From Balanoglossus misakiensis (Eukaryota; Animalia; Hemichordata), in the NCBI GenBank assembly GCA_040954595.2, contig CM082590.2:10504088-10568087 (forward strand): a stretch of 64,000 nucleotides of DNA, given 5' to 3'. Below are positions 28,981-41,477 of this stretch, piece after piece. Below the pieces are notes generated by a model. The model was not told where the DNA came from. It saw only the letters and a list, made by a program, of their open reading frames with translations, and made no database searches. A program made the position numbers and the translations under genes. Position 1 is the stretch's first letter. Each line of letters opens with the position of its first letter.

Positions 28981-30059
28981 GATAAAGAGGTCCAACCTCA
29001 CCATCTGTACCATCTGTTTTGTTAGGGGCAGACTGTCTTGTTTCCCTTGTTGGTACAAGACAAGCCACAACCAAAAACAGCAGAGCATCTGAGAACAAAT
29101 AAATATGTAACCCCCGCAATCAGTCACAGGTGTTTCTTACATTATTATATTTTTAATATGGCTCATTTACCTTGAGAGTAATAAATTTCAAAATTAATCT
29201 TAGCTTTGTTTTCATAATATCCGAACAAATTAATGTCTTCATGAAGGTTTAAATGTTAGCTTTTCTTTTCAATTCAATAATCACTAATAGAGTTTTATGT
29301 CATATGATGGTGCTTCGTGAAACTTTTTTATTATTCATTGTCAGTCAAAATATGTCCTCTAGATGGCGCTGTTTAAGTTTACGGAACTTGCCAGGGTGTT
29401 GATGCATTCGTAAACCTGCAATAAGTAGTTTGTATCAGCTTAAAAAGTCTGTTATATGTTTATCTGATTCATCTATAATGCATTAATTTAAATACGACAA
29501 AGGTTATTTTTCTCATAAGTCATTATATGCATGACGGCTAATAATACCGTAAGATCAATTATCGAGGCACATATTAAATATTGCCCATTAATTATTTACT
29601 CAATAAGCAAGCGAATCGATTCTAATAAATAATATTTTGATGAAATTTTGTAATTTAATGTTTCAGTTGTTATTTCACTGATCAAAGCAGGAATCATTTA
29701 ACAGTTAGATGGATATGTGTCTTAAACATTACCTAGTCAATTTTTATGCCATGTGACCAGGTCTAAATATTCTGGTAATCTCTCGAAGATGTAATATAAG
29801 ATCAAAGCCCAACTTTTTCTGATTATCACAATGTAATGGCATAAGCAATTCATTTATGACTTAACGAGAACATTCATCATACTGCCTGTTGTGTTGGTTG
29901 ACATTAATACTGGGATAGAATGATACAGAAAATTCTTTAATTGCCAGAGTGATAAACTGCCCATAAACCCACTTTTCTCTTTATTTGCTTTTGCTACAAA
30001 GCTTTCTGATTAAAATTTGTAGTGTTTGTTTAAACTCAGGTTTGAATAACAATACCTAA

Positions 30060-30485
30060 TTTGGCGTTCACACAGGGACCATTACTGAAACGTCTCAGCT
30101 GAAATACTGCCATAAATCATGTGTGAATGGTTTAAGTGACCCTGGAACGTTTCAGAGTTGAGACGGCTTTGCCGGCCAGACCTGAGCCGGTGTAAGGATT
30201 AACACCTCTCCGCAACCCATTGACTATGAGGCCGAACCTCAGCTCCTAAACATAAACTTTGTGTGTGTGGACACAAGCAACTCAAAGGATTAATTCTCTG
30301 TGTTTATCAAAGGCAAACAGTGTCTCAAATTTTACCCTGTGTGAACCTGCTATAAGAGGATATATGCTTGATCTTTGTGTGTGTGGACACAAAGCGAATC
30401 AAGGGTTTAATTCTCTGTGTTCACAAATGGCCAATAGTGTCTCTGAAACGTTTCTAGTTTTACCCAGTGTGAACCAGGTATAAGA
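30060..30485. mobile_element. Probable non-autonomous DNA transposon (gttcacac...gtgtgaac ends) with an internal ~115-bp duplication
   Basis: gttcacacaggg at ~30065 vs ccctgtgtgaac at ~30335 and cccagtgtgaac at ~30463; 'ctttgtgtgtgtggacacaa...ttaattctctgtgtt' occurs twice. Confidence 0.5.
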
Positions 30486-30930
30486 CAGCCATGTGAGATG
30501 AACCATCTTCACCTATGAATCATTTGAGGTGTTCACAACGTTCCAAGTGTGTTGACTTTGTAACACAGGTCACTAAAACTTTCAATGAAACCCAAAAACG
30601 TAAAGAAGTTAACTCAACGAAAGTTCATGTCACACTTGCCGGATGAGGGCGATATATGCAAAAATTACAAGACGTGTTTTTCATCCAATGATATAATTGC
30701 AAATTATGTTGGTATTACTTTGTTTTACACTGTACATCAGAGCAATTGTTAATGCGCATGTCTGATGAGAAATGTGTTGATCTTTGCCAATTGTTTTTAA
30801 CCTTAAAGTCTGATGTCTCAGTTGGACACATCTACAAGAAATAAAATATAGTGTACAGAGTATTAAATCATTGGAAGATTGATAATGCCAATAGCGATGA
30901 AAACAAGACTTTTTCTCATTATCGCAGTTG

Positions 30931-33349
30931 CTAAATCAATCCTCTATCGACACTCTTGGGAATTCTCGCAAGTTCACGAATGTCGTATGATGGACTTCTG
31001 GTGAGGTTTCGACCTTCGGTGACAAAGTCTGACCAGTTGGAATGGCCAGCAGCGACAAAGATGGCAGATCCTACAGAGAACAGTTAAAAGACCAATATTA
31101 GTACAGTCAAACCTCTGTTAGTGGTCACCTCTATATAGTGGCCACATTAGAGTCTGTACAATGTACATGTACTGGTACATACCGTACACTGACCTATCTA
31201 TAAAGGCCACCTGTCTATAAAGGCCAATTTAGGAAAGTCCTTCAACTGTATATCATTCATAACGAAAACATTTAGACTCATTTGTTTCCACTGATGTGGA
31301 GCTTACCGCAAGCACAAGACCTGCGGCTCGTGAGGGACAAAAATCCCCAACTCGAGTGTGAGATTCTATTAAAACTTACTGTATGCTATTTCTTGTTCAG
31401 CCAGGGATAACATATAATAATCGTTCAAGAATGCTGTGCGCGTTGCTGGAATCTCGAGGTCACCAGAAACGAAGATATTCTCTCTTGGTATCCGTTCTGA
31501 TAATATGTCCGGCATTTCCTAGGAATAAACAAGAGGCATTGGGAGTTGGGACAAGAGAGCAGTTTCATCCAGTTATCCATGCAATCAATTTCATCTCCAG
31601 ACTTGTTACAATTCCCTTCTTAGACCCCTCCCCCTTTAAAAGAATTGAACACACCATGGACCATAATGGACATGCCATGTAGACGCATTTGATGAATTCT
31701 TTCTTCATAAGATCTACCACAGCATCTGCGGCAAGAATTGCAACTTCTCTAACATCCTTTTTAATACTTTCACAATGGCCATCATACTTTTCTTGTCCAA
31801 AGAAGCATCTGAAAAAATAGAAAGAATGCAATTGCTGTGGTCATTTATTTTCACTTATTATAGGATGAACCAATCACACTATTCAAACTCTTGCAATTCT
31901 TGAGACTGTATATAAGTGATTCAGAAAGTTAACACGATGGTTGTTACATTTTTACGGTGGTCACGGTGGCAATCTTTTGCAGCTTGTTTGCAATACACAT
32001 AAATTAATTACACTGGTCTGATAATTACATTCCCACATGTAAACAAAATTGGTGACTATCGGGACAGTTTCGCATTTAAAGTGTTCAGCCCTTCCACCCC
32101 CAGTTCCCTCTTTAGAGATCCAACCTTACCAAAGAAAACAATGGGTGTGGACTGAACCATGATGGTGAAAGGGTTAAATGGCTTTACTTACGGCATCTCA
32201 GCTGATTTATTCCTCCAATGAAATGCTAGGTACTTGTCTCCATGACAAATTTTATCAGACAAAATGTCAACAGCCTGGCGGATATTTGGTGATCGCACAA
32301 GATATTTGGTTATTGTCTTTCCAAGATCCTCTTTCCGTTCAGGGTTCTTAAATCGAACTCGAAACGGACCATCAGTGGCAAATGCAACACATTCCAGGTG
32401 TTCAGTATCTGACAAGATCTCATCTTCTTGCCAGCCACTGTTCATCTCTGTAATATCATTGGCTTTAGGGAGTTCAACATTTAGTGCTTTTCGGTATAAT
32501 TGTTTCCTGGCTTTCTCATATTCCTCTTTTTTTAAGTTCCATTCAATAACCTTTATATTCGCACTATTACAAGTCTTTCTAAATTGGTCTGTTGTAGCTA
32601 AGGGCAACAGTTCTCCCAAAATATCAACATCAAATGTACTGTTGAACGATCTCATATGACTGATGGAGAGGCCACGAACATGTCCGCCATGAAGGTAAAA
32701 AGGTGTCATCACTAATGTTCGGTTTGTTAACATTGCAAACATGATGGCTCGTTTGTATCTGTTGTACTGTGAATTGGCCCCACCGCTGAATCTAGCTTTC
32801 AAGGGTAATAAATACCGCTGGTGGGCATCGGTCTCCTGAACGCCTGGCGTGTCTTCAATTGATGGGGAAGGTGTTTGGATGACAGGCTTGTCAGACACAT
32901 ATTCTTCTTCCTGCTTTGTGATGGTGTGTTGGTGTGACTGTTCATCGACTGGGGACTTCTGCACGGCTGGTCTGTCCTCCTCGAGGTTTCCATGAGACAC
33001 CTTCATAGGAGGAATGACATCGTGCGAAAATATTAACGACTCGCGTGTAAAGCCCTTGTAAAGATTGTTCTCTCCAATAACTGTTTACTATAAACCAGAA
33101 AATATTCCTGACCAGAAAGTTTTGTGATATCAACAGAGGTGACTATTAATTTTCATGTTCTCTTATTTCACTCTGCAGGCAGCACTCAGTAGAACTTACC
33201 TCTTTTTGTTGCCATTCACGAGATTCAGTGTTGTAGGCCGTGCTCAAACTTTGGAATATCGGAATGTCACTGTACCTGATAATCATAATTACCACCACTA
33301 TAAAAACAACCAAAACTTGGAGTGATCGTTTCACACTTCGAAACATCAT
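30931..33349 (-). CDS. GDP-fucose O-fucosyltransferase-family (GT-B, O-FucT-like) type II membrane protein, 5 exons
   Basis: Exons 33349-33200, 33000-32192, 31808-31655, 31518-31380, 31070-30931 join in frame through GT-AG introns. N-terminal signal anchor (LVVFIVVVIMII), stem region, GGANSQ...AMLTNRTLVMTPF, YLAFHWRN, SLAEQEIAYRSAIFVAAGHSNWSDFV, which resemble O-FucT family motifs. Confidence 0.85.
31102..31250. mobile_element. Tc1/mariner-like MITE remnant in the last FucT intron
   Basis: tacagtcaaacctctgttagtggtcacctc start with repeated 'tctataaaggcca'; a related end at ~38355 (tacaatgaaacctgtgttagtggccacctc). Confidence 0.5.
32086..32177 (+). mobile_element. piggyBac-like MITE, copy 2 (FucT intron)
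   Basis: Close match to 28889-28980; ends ggtgaaagggttaa. Confidence 0.75.
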
Positions 33350-34269
33350 TGTCCTCCCTTTAGCCGACGCTGTTTCGGAACCTCAGTAGGAAATTTATTA
33401 AATCTCTTTTAACAGTATATGAAACACATGCTGCACCATCTGATTGGTATTTAATTAATCCATGTGAGAAAAAATTCTCCAAATTTATTCCTCAAATTTA
33501 TTCATCACAAAAATGGTTGTTGTACTCCATAAGATTTTACTCTGTCTGTTTAGCTTTTTTGTTGGGTACACATTTTTTCATGAAACAATGTTTAAAATTG
33601 TCTTGATTCCTCTCTTTTAATTTTTACCAGAATACAGCAGCTGACATTTTAATATCTTTTTTTATTTCGTCTGCTTGGAAATTGTAACATGTTGTCCGTG
33701 CAGCCATTGGATGCAGATAATACATCGTTTCCATGGAATACCTTGGTGATAAAGTCCAACTTAATTGATAAATTCTTTTCAGTTAACCAATGCAGGCTTT
33801 GCCGTTAATCTCACAGAAGCGCTATTTTCGTGTGGTATTTGCAAATGTCGCTCCTAAAGTACCACTCTATGTTCAGTAGAGTAGCTGGAGTAGCTTTGGT
33901 GAAAATTCTTGATGCTGTAAAATTTGCTGCATAGTGATTAATTTGGGAGATGTATAAATTACACCATAGGGTGGCGAGAATATGATCCTGCCGTTTATGT
34001 ATGAGAATTGTAAACACAGTCATGTATATGATCGTATTTTTTTCTTTTTATATAAAAGATCTGAAGCTGAGAGCCTGAAGCCGATACTCTATGCACCACA
34101 ACGTCAAATTGAGAGCCTGGCTGAAAACTCTTTTGTACTCAAGTTCTGGAACAATTACACAAAGACTTGGAGTTATAATGTTCAGGTATGTTTCTTTCTT
34201 TACAGAACATTTAAAATATGGAGAGAAGAGTGCACGATTTTAAATCTCTCTTCATCGTTCCCTCTCCGT

Positions 34270-34374
34270 CCCTTCCCCTCTCTCTCCTTCTCTCTCTATC
34301 ACTATTTTCTCTCTCTCTCTCTCTCTCTCTCTCGTGTTCTTTCTCCTTCCCTGATCCCCACTCTCTCAGTCTCC

Positions 34375-34413
<39 letters not shown>
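34270..34413. repeat. (CT)n microsatellite
   Basis: Direct reading. Confidence 0.9.
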
Positions 34414-34417
<4 letters not shown>

Positions 34418-36290
34418 TTGCTTCTTTCTGTATGTTCAAAACATCAATACTCAATAGATTGACAATACCTATTCATGAGTACATAGAAAACCATTAAATT
34501 TCTTTACATGTGAATAAAGGAGACGTCTTATTGGCGGTCACACCCTGTTGTCAATAGGGTCTGGACATCAAAGGTGAATAGCAGAAAGGGAGTGGTATAG
34601 ACCATTGTCAATAGCGAACAAAATGTGTTTTCATTGCCACTGTGAAAGCACCAACAATGGCGTCGCTGCTATGGTTGCTATGGTAATCTAGTGAACATCT
34701 GCTGTACCGGTACATATAGGGCTTAAGCGTTCAATGCAACTGGTGTAAATAGATGTTGTTTACAGCTACCGGACACGATGTGACTTGAATAATAACAGAA
34801 CCACATCTGGTCATATAGAACACCAAACAGTGCAGTCTTCTGCTGGTGTATTCTTGTGCACTGTCTCTATATGTGAAATCTGTGTTACCTTTATAGCATT
34901 AGCTGTTTTTAACGGATGTTATACAAAGACTCATTATCATCAAAGAAAATATGAAGCACAACAACAACTCGAAATAAGCATCTCTAATGGAAACAACTGA
35001 CATAGTTTTTTTTAAAAGACAACCCGAAATAACAGTCAGACAAGTTATAACTTGTAACCTCGGTCACTGAATTCATCTTTTTCTCAATCTAGATGTCTCA
35101 AAACACAACTCGGTGATATTTTCGCGACTTCTCTTCCCGCACAAAAAATATTTATAAAGCTGCCAGAGATGGCGGGTACAATGGTAAATAAACCACGCAT
35201 GCGCCTTGTGGTTGTGGAGTCGATAATTTAATAGCCGTGAATATAACGTTCTCGTCAGTGTGCCAAGGCGCGGTCAGCTAACAGAAGTGTACTTAGACGA
35301 AGACGATAGAACGTCCGTAACCTCATTAAGGTGAGTCAAAAGAAAACTGAATGATACAAAGGCAATGTATGGATGGAACTGTCGAATTGTGCGAATGGAA
35401 CATCAAGGTTCCTGGCCATGGATCCTCGAATTTCATGGCTGTTATTCCTTTGTATGTGTGCGATATCCATTGTAAATCACATATTTTTCATGTTTTACTT
35501 CAGCAAATTACAAATTTGATGTATTTATCTGGCAATTAAGACCTTTGCAAAAATGCAGTACATTTTTTTTCTCTTTGAGGACGTTTCAATGATATAAAGC
35601 ATATTTTAGTGAATTTTCATGGATTCTAAAAGCTAGAGTATCATGTGAATTATAATGTCATTTTCAGGTCAAGGTTTCGTTCCGCATTGATTATATTTGG
35701 TTTCTTTGTCAGCCAATACAAACGTTTGCAAAAATGCAACATATTTTATTTATTCTAGGACATTACAAACGATATAATAAGCAAAAGTATCACAGCGATT
35801 TTTACGAATTTGTGGGAAAAAATGTCATGTATCTAGTCAAGGTTGTCGCTAGGTGGAGTCTTGTTGATGGATTGTTTATAGGCCGACAAACTGTTGTGTT
35901 GTTGATTGAACACAGTTGAGTAGTTCACACCCAAACAACTTCATCGTTCTTTTATTTTCAGGACAAAACCTTCCCTTTTTGTTTGTCGTACTGATCTCAT
36001 GACTGACCCTACAATTTTTACGAGTGTCCTAGATTTACTTCAATGCACGTCGTTAAGCAGACATGAACTGATGTGTGTTCCCATAGCAACGGCTTGCGAG
36101 CCAAGTAACACAAGTCAAGCTTTGTATGAAACTAAGAATAATTGCTGAGTTCTAACAAGAAAATGTAACCTTTGTGCCATTTAACATGGTGTATCATATG
36201 TTGTTTGTTTTCTATGTTTCACATCGTGCCCTCTCATATAAGCGGCTTTATCAGCCACACGAGATCTCTCCGTATCTCGCGGAGTTCAGA

Positions 36291-36496
36291 TACTGTAAAA
36301 CACTTTATTTTCGCGAGCAATAAATTTCCACGAAATACGCGAGAGCCAAAATAGCGTGAAAATAAAAAGTTGCGTAAATTTTTTGAAGATAACGATGCAG
36401 TGAATGAAATAAGAGAACGTGAAAATTAATACACGCGAAACAGTGGCCTCTCGATATCACGAAAATTATAATAATTTTAATAAGTGTTTTACAGTA
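36291..36496. mobile_element. ~205-bp MITE with 15-bp TIRs
   Basis: tactgtaaaacactt ... aagtgttttacagta perfect inverted ends; internal (cg)cgtgaaaat/cacgaaa repeats. Confidence 0.75.
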
Positions 36497-37831
36497 TATG
36501 GTACATTCAAAGTGGGTATGCACTCGACAAAACACAGTTTAATGTCTCTGAACAGGTCAGAACATTGCTGAGTTAGATCAGTTTAACCAGTGTGAGTTTC
36601 ATTCATTATGTTTCAGCAGTTCTTTCATGGACTTGACGATTTGTCTGTCCTTAAGAAATCGTTTCACCCACAAAAGCCCGGGTTGACTGACATTCATCTG
36701 ACATTGGCTTCCAAATACATGCAAAGGAGCTCAACAATAATGACAAAGATCGTGGAGATTGATAACAAATTGAGGGGAAATGGTCACCTCTGAGTACTGT
36801 GTCTAGAAACCATTCGTGCATGTATTCATTCATCCTTCCATTTATCGGTTTAATCCCAGACCGATATGTGAGTAAACCTTTGTGCCAATTGTCTGGCCTT
36901 GGGACTCACTGCAGAATGGCAATGCAGCTTGGCCATCGCAATTATAAGCAGAAGTGATTGTTCAATTTGCAACCACCTTCAACAAACACTAGCCTTATAG
37001 CCGTTGGTAAACTGAGATACTGCTCTCGTAATTTTTTATTGTAGGGTGATTTCACCTATATATGCAAATTTCTTGTTGTACGGTATAGTCACCCACGTAC
37101 GACCTTCGATCAGTAAAGAGGGGCGTGGTTTTGATAAATGTTAGTGTCGCTGAAATCAAGAGAGTGATAAAGCAGTAGGCTAATAAAAAAAGCGAATAAC
37201 ATGTTGATTGAAGTGCCGACAAACATCACTACATAGGTATGTGAGTACTTGGAGATTTGGGTTGTGGAGATTTGTATGACATGTCAACGACCGGATCACT
37301 TTTACATGTCGTTTCAGACATTCTGGTATTTGGGTCGCAAGTGTGACCTCGGCCAGTTGCCAATGAAATACGTTTTGTCAGTGTTGGTTGCTAAGGGCGA
37401 TCGTCTTGTTGTTCCAGTCACACAATATTCTTGGTGAACGTGTTTCCATTGCAATTAATTGAGTTTTCGTTTCTTCATAACAAGTATGGTTTGGCCTATG
37501 CAGATTTGTGTGTTCAGTTAGTTGATGATGTGTGTATGTCTTTTGAGAGTAATTCTTTGGAGAATGTTGTTCTTTTTAAGTAAATTTCCATGGGTATGGC
37601 CTGAATGTACGGTTGATTTGCATTCCCATCTGTGCAGTGTTGATGCACAGGTGTTCGAGTAGAATACCGTTGTCACGGGGTTTTCACGCCTCTGTTCTGG
37701 TCGTCTAAGTTTGTTCAAGTACGTCACTTTGTTTCATAAGATCACTCTGAGGTCATTCAAGTGTCATTTACCCTTGATCCATTTCTTATTATTCAAGGAC
37801 CATAACTGCTGAGTTCCAAATCACTTCAATC

Positions 37832-39038
37832 ATGGCTCGACTGTTCTTGGCTGCTCTGACATGTAAGTAAAATGAAATAAAGAAATCTTGGTTTTTGTGT
37901 GTTTCGTCTGATAAATATCTATCACTGTGCTGTTATGTCACATATGTGAGGATCCAAACTGTTTTCTGTCCGTCTGTCTGTGTGTCTCTCTCTGTCAAGT
38001 ATATATGTGTATGTTTGTATGTATGTATGTATATATATATATATATGTATGTCCATATGTCCATGTACGTATGTTCTCAAATACTTGTGTATAATTGAAC
38101 CTTCTGTTGCTGTGTAATAAGTAAGGTAATTTTCTCTTTCAACTTCTTGTTATAGTGTTGGTGTGTGTAAGCGGTGTGATGATGCAGGCACCTAGATGTT
38201 TGGAGTGTCATTATGATTATGCTGTTCCCGGCGATTCGACTGCAGTGTTGGATTGTTTCAACCTTACCAATCCCACCTCTATCGAGCAATCCTGTGGTAG
38301 TGATATGGATTATATATGTCAGGTAACTGCTTATAATGAATCCTAGAAGCTGTCTACAATGAAACCTGTGTTAGTGGCCACCTCGACGTGGTTAGTACAT
38401 AGCACCAGACACACTTTGCGTCATTGGATAACATTTCGTACACACTAATTAAAGAATGTGTGTCATCCAATCAGGGCTTGTGTCATATAACACTTTTGAG
38501 TTTGTGAGAGAGTAAAAACTTCTGTTGTCAAAAATCATTGACGGAGTCTAGCTTTAACTTCTATTCTACCAAAACTACTGCTGGTGTGCAAATTTGGTGA
38601 AATCTAACTATTATAATTGTGTTATTTCTATAATGATTATTATATAATTCTTTATTTATTTATTTATCGAGGTCGTATCACGTTTTAGCTCTGACATGAA
38701 GGATTGGCAGAGTGTTAACAGACGATGTATTGTTCGAGAAAACTGTGTAGGTGGATGTGTCACTCAAGATGATGAAACAGGTAAAGTCTTATGTTCCTTC
38801 CACTGTTTTTCTTTTAATTCTTCGATATCAAATGACATCAGACGTGCTCAGACGGCAGTTACCTTGGCATTCAAATTTCCTAATAATTTGCATTCTTCTA
38901 TTCCATGTAGAGCTCTGCACTGAGTGTTGTGATGGTGCTTTTTGTAACACCGGGGACGGAAATGGGGTTAGCGCTTTGACCTTTAACCTCGCGATCCTAA
39001 TCCTGGCTGTAGGAACTTCAGTGGTCAAGCTGATATAA
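37832..39038 (+). CDS. Ly6/uPAR (three-finger) domain protein with signal peptide and GPI-anchor signal, 4 coding exons
   Basis: Exons 37832-37862, 38156-38322, 38672-38780, 38911-39038 join in frame: MARLFLAALTLLVCVSGVMMQAPRCLECH...ELCTECCDGAFCN-TGDGNGVSALTFNLAILILAVGTSVVKLI. CxxC start, CCxxxxCN end and hydrophobic tail are diagnostic. AATAAA ~39278; possible non-coding first exon with donor at ~35331. Confidence 0.88.
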
Positions 39039-39673
39039 GCACAGAGGAAGGGTGGCCACAAGAGGGAGTATTATACTTGTATTTTACTTTGTGTTTAGCT
39101 GAAGAATTCATTAAAGCCCCTGTCACTCCAACTTTTGCCTATTTTCTCTCAGTATTTGTGTTTTGTGTATCAACTCTGGTTTACTCTATTTGTTTTTCAA
39201 CACAGCCCTTTTGTAGAAATCAGTTTCTTTATTGTTGAAAATTTTATTCAAGTCTGGACTTGAATTCATTTATCAACAATAAACAATGGCTGTTACTTGT
39301 GTACAGGCTTTGTTGGGGAGATAAAGACCGAGAATTTCATGAAACTCCTCAGTAGAACCAGTGCATAACCAGAGCTAATATGTAGAAGGAAAGTACTAAC
39401 AAAATAGTTAAGTTAGAGTTACTGGGGCTTTATATACACTGAATTATCTGATAAATGTTTATGGTGTAATTAAAAAGAGTGGGCATAGATAAGATATTCG
39501 AAAAGAAGCTGGAAAACTAATTAATCTTTTGGGGCTGATTTTGAAGATGATATATGTGACAGGGGCGGGTATAACCCCCCACACACGCGAGCATTATGTA
39601 CATTTTGATTTTTGTGTGGCTCAAGAATTTATATGCAGTCGAATGTAATACACCCTTCTCATAAGTGTAGTTC

Positions 39674-39796
39674 CCTCATGCAGACATCATGAATTTCAAC
39701 TCAAAGCGAGGCCAATGGGGAAATCCCCTTGATGTGATTGGTCAGTTTTCCCCATTGGCCTCGCTTTGAGTTCAAACTCATGATGTCTGCATGAGG
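39674..39796. repeat. Hairpin with 50-bp arms and 23-nt loop
   Basis: cctcatgcagacatcatgaatttcaactcaaagcgaggccaatggggaaa pairs with 39747-39796 with 2 mismatches. Confidence 0.9.
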
Positions 39797-41265
39797 CCGC
39801 TGCTAGACTTTTGAAAAGGGTGTGCACATATTGTCCAAGCCATCTTGTTATGTTTAAGAAGATCATGTGACTGGGTGCTTGAGACAAGTTTGACTATTTT
39901 CTTTAAATATTTTATATTATTCTACACAGTAACTTTTACCTTTTTTTCATTTCTTTGTTTCTACCTGAAGAAGACTACAAATGTTGTTAAAATTAACAGT
40001 AGCTGTAACTTTTGACGATTACTGTCTTTCATGTTTTGATCAACTGGTTTCTTGTTCTATCCGCAAAATCATGTTTTGATACTAAATATTCTCTTTGTGA
40101 ATGAAGTACATATACATCGAGAGTGCAGTGTTATTGTTGATGTGTGAATTTTGGTCCGGACTTAAATTCAATCGTAAAACAATAACATATATGATGCTAT
40201 GAAAAGCTGAGCACTAGGTAAACATTTTGTAGATTTGAGAACAAGAATTTCTTGTGGATACACAAATAAATATGAAGAAAATATCAAAAGTCACAACTAT
40301 TGTTATGTTAAACATTTTCACGAAAGATGCTATCATTAGCTGACATCGGTCATCTTAGATGCGAATTAAAAAAATAGCACATAGATAGGATGTTTGAAAA
40401 CCTAATTAATCATGTATGCAATCTTATTGTCCCTTGCTTCTTGGAGATTCTGCAAAGAACACACTCATATTGTATAATTATGAATTTCAATGACTTTATT
40501 TGAATGCAACTGTATATCCGAAGCAACAATAACTTTGTGTGGAACAGTAAAATGTTAAGCAAGATCACTAATGAATGTAAAACCAATTATGCATTTGTAA
40601 TCTGTAATATAAACATTTTATACAAAATGCTTTTTTTTAAGTCATTCCAAATGATTGTTGAGCAACACAGAAGAAGGAAATGCGATGTAAAATCCAAAAG
40701 TCGAATTAATATGACCAGTGCATTTCTTTGCACGGTAGATTTTATCGCTGCGAAGTAGAAATCTTCTCTTTTATCAAACCGTCCTAGCATGCTGCTGTTT
40801 AACTGTTAACTATTCCAGAAATGGAATTTATCGGTGAAGATTAATTTTGTGGTCAGAAAAACAATTTTAATGTCTTGTTCAACTTCTTGATGCATGGTAA
40901 ATAGCCAGCAATTGTGGTACTATATTGTCACCGTCCAATTGATTTTTTTCCAAAACAGACTTTCATCCCTGACCCATAGCTATACATTGGCAAAAACAAT
41001 GGGATGATTCCTCCAAATTATCTTCAAATTTGTAAGTGGATTTATCTATCCACATGTTTTATGCATAATTAAAAACCAAAGCAATGGACATTTATCATGT
41101 TGTTAAGAAGCAGAACAAGAAATTAGTGAAAAACATGCAAAAAATACCGAATAAACATCTTGAAGCTACAGCTTCTTTGCACAAATATGATGATGTTAAC
41201 TTATTTACAGTTTGTCCAGCCATGAAAGCCTTGTGTTACACAACCTTCTTCTTTTTTTTTTAACC

Positions 41266-41358
41266 TTAACCTTTTCACCCCTAGGTCCTTGTTTAGAGGT
41301 CCAACTTTGTCATAGAAAACAATGGGTTTGGATCGTACCATGGTGGTGAAAGGGTTAA
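41266..41358 (+). mobile_element. piggyBac-like MITE, copy 3
   Basis: TTAA-ccttttcacc ... ggtgaaaggg-TTAA. Confidence 0.8.
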
Positions 41359-41477
41359 AACATCTCTCAATTTTATCTTTCTGCTTCTGTGTAACTGTAT
41401 TCAGTCACTGATGCAATTTAGCCATTACCATGGAAACCAGAAATGTGTGCATGTACAGTTGAGATGAGGACTGCTAT

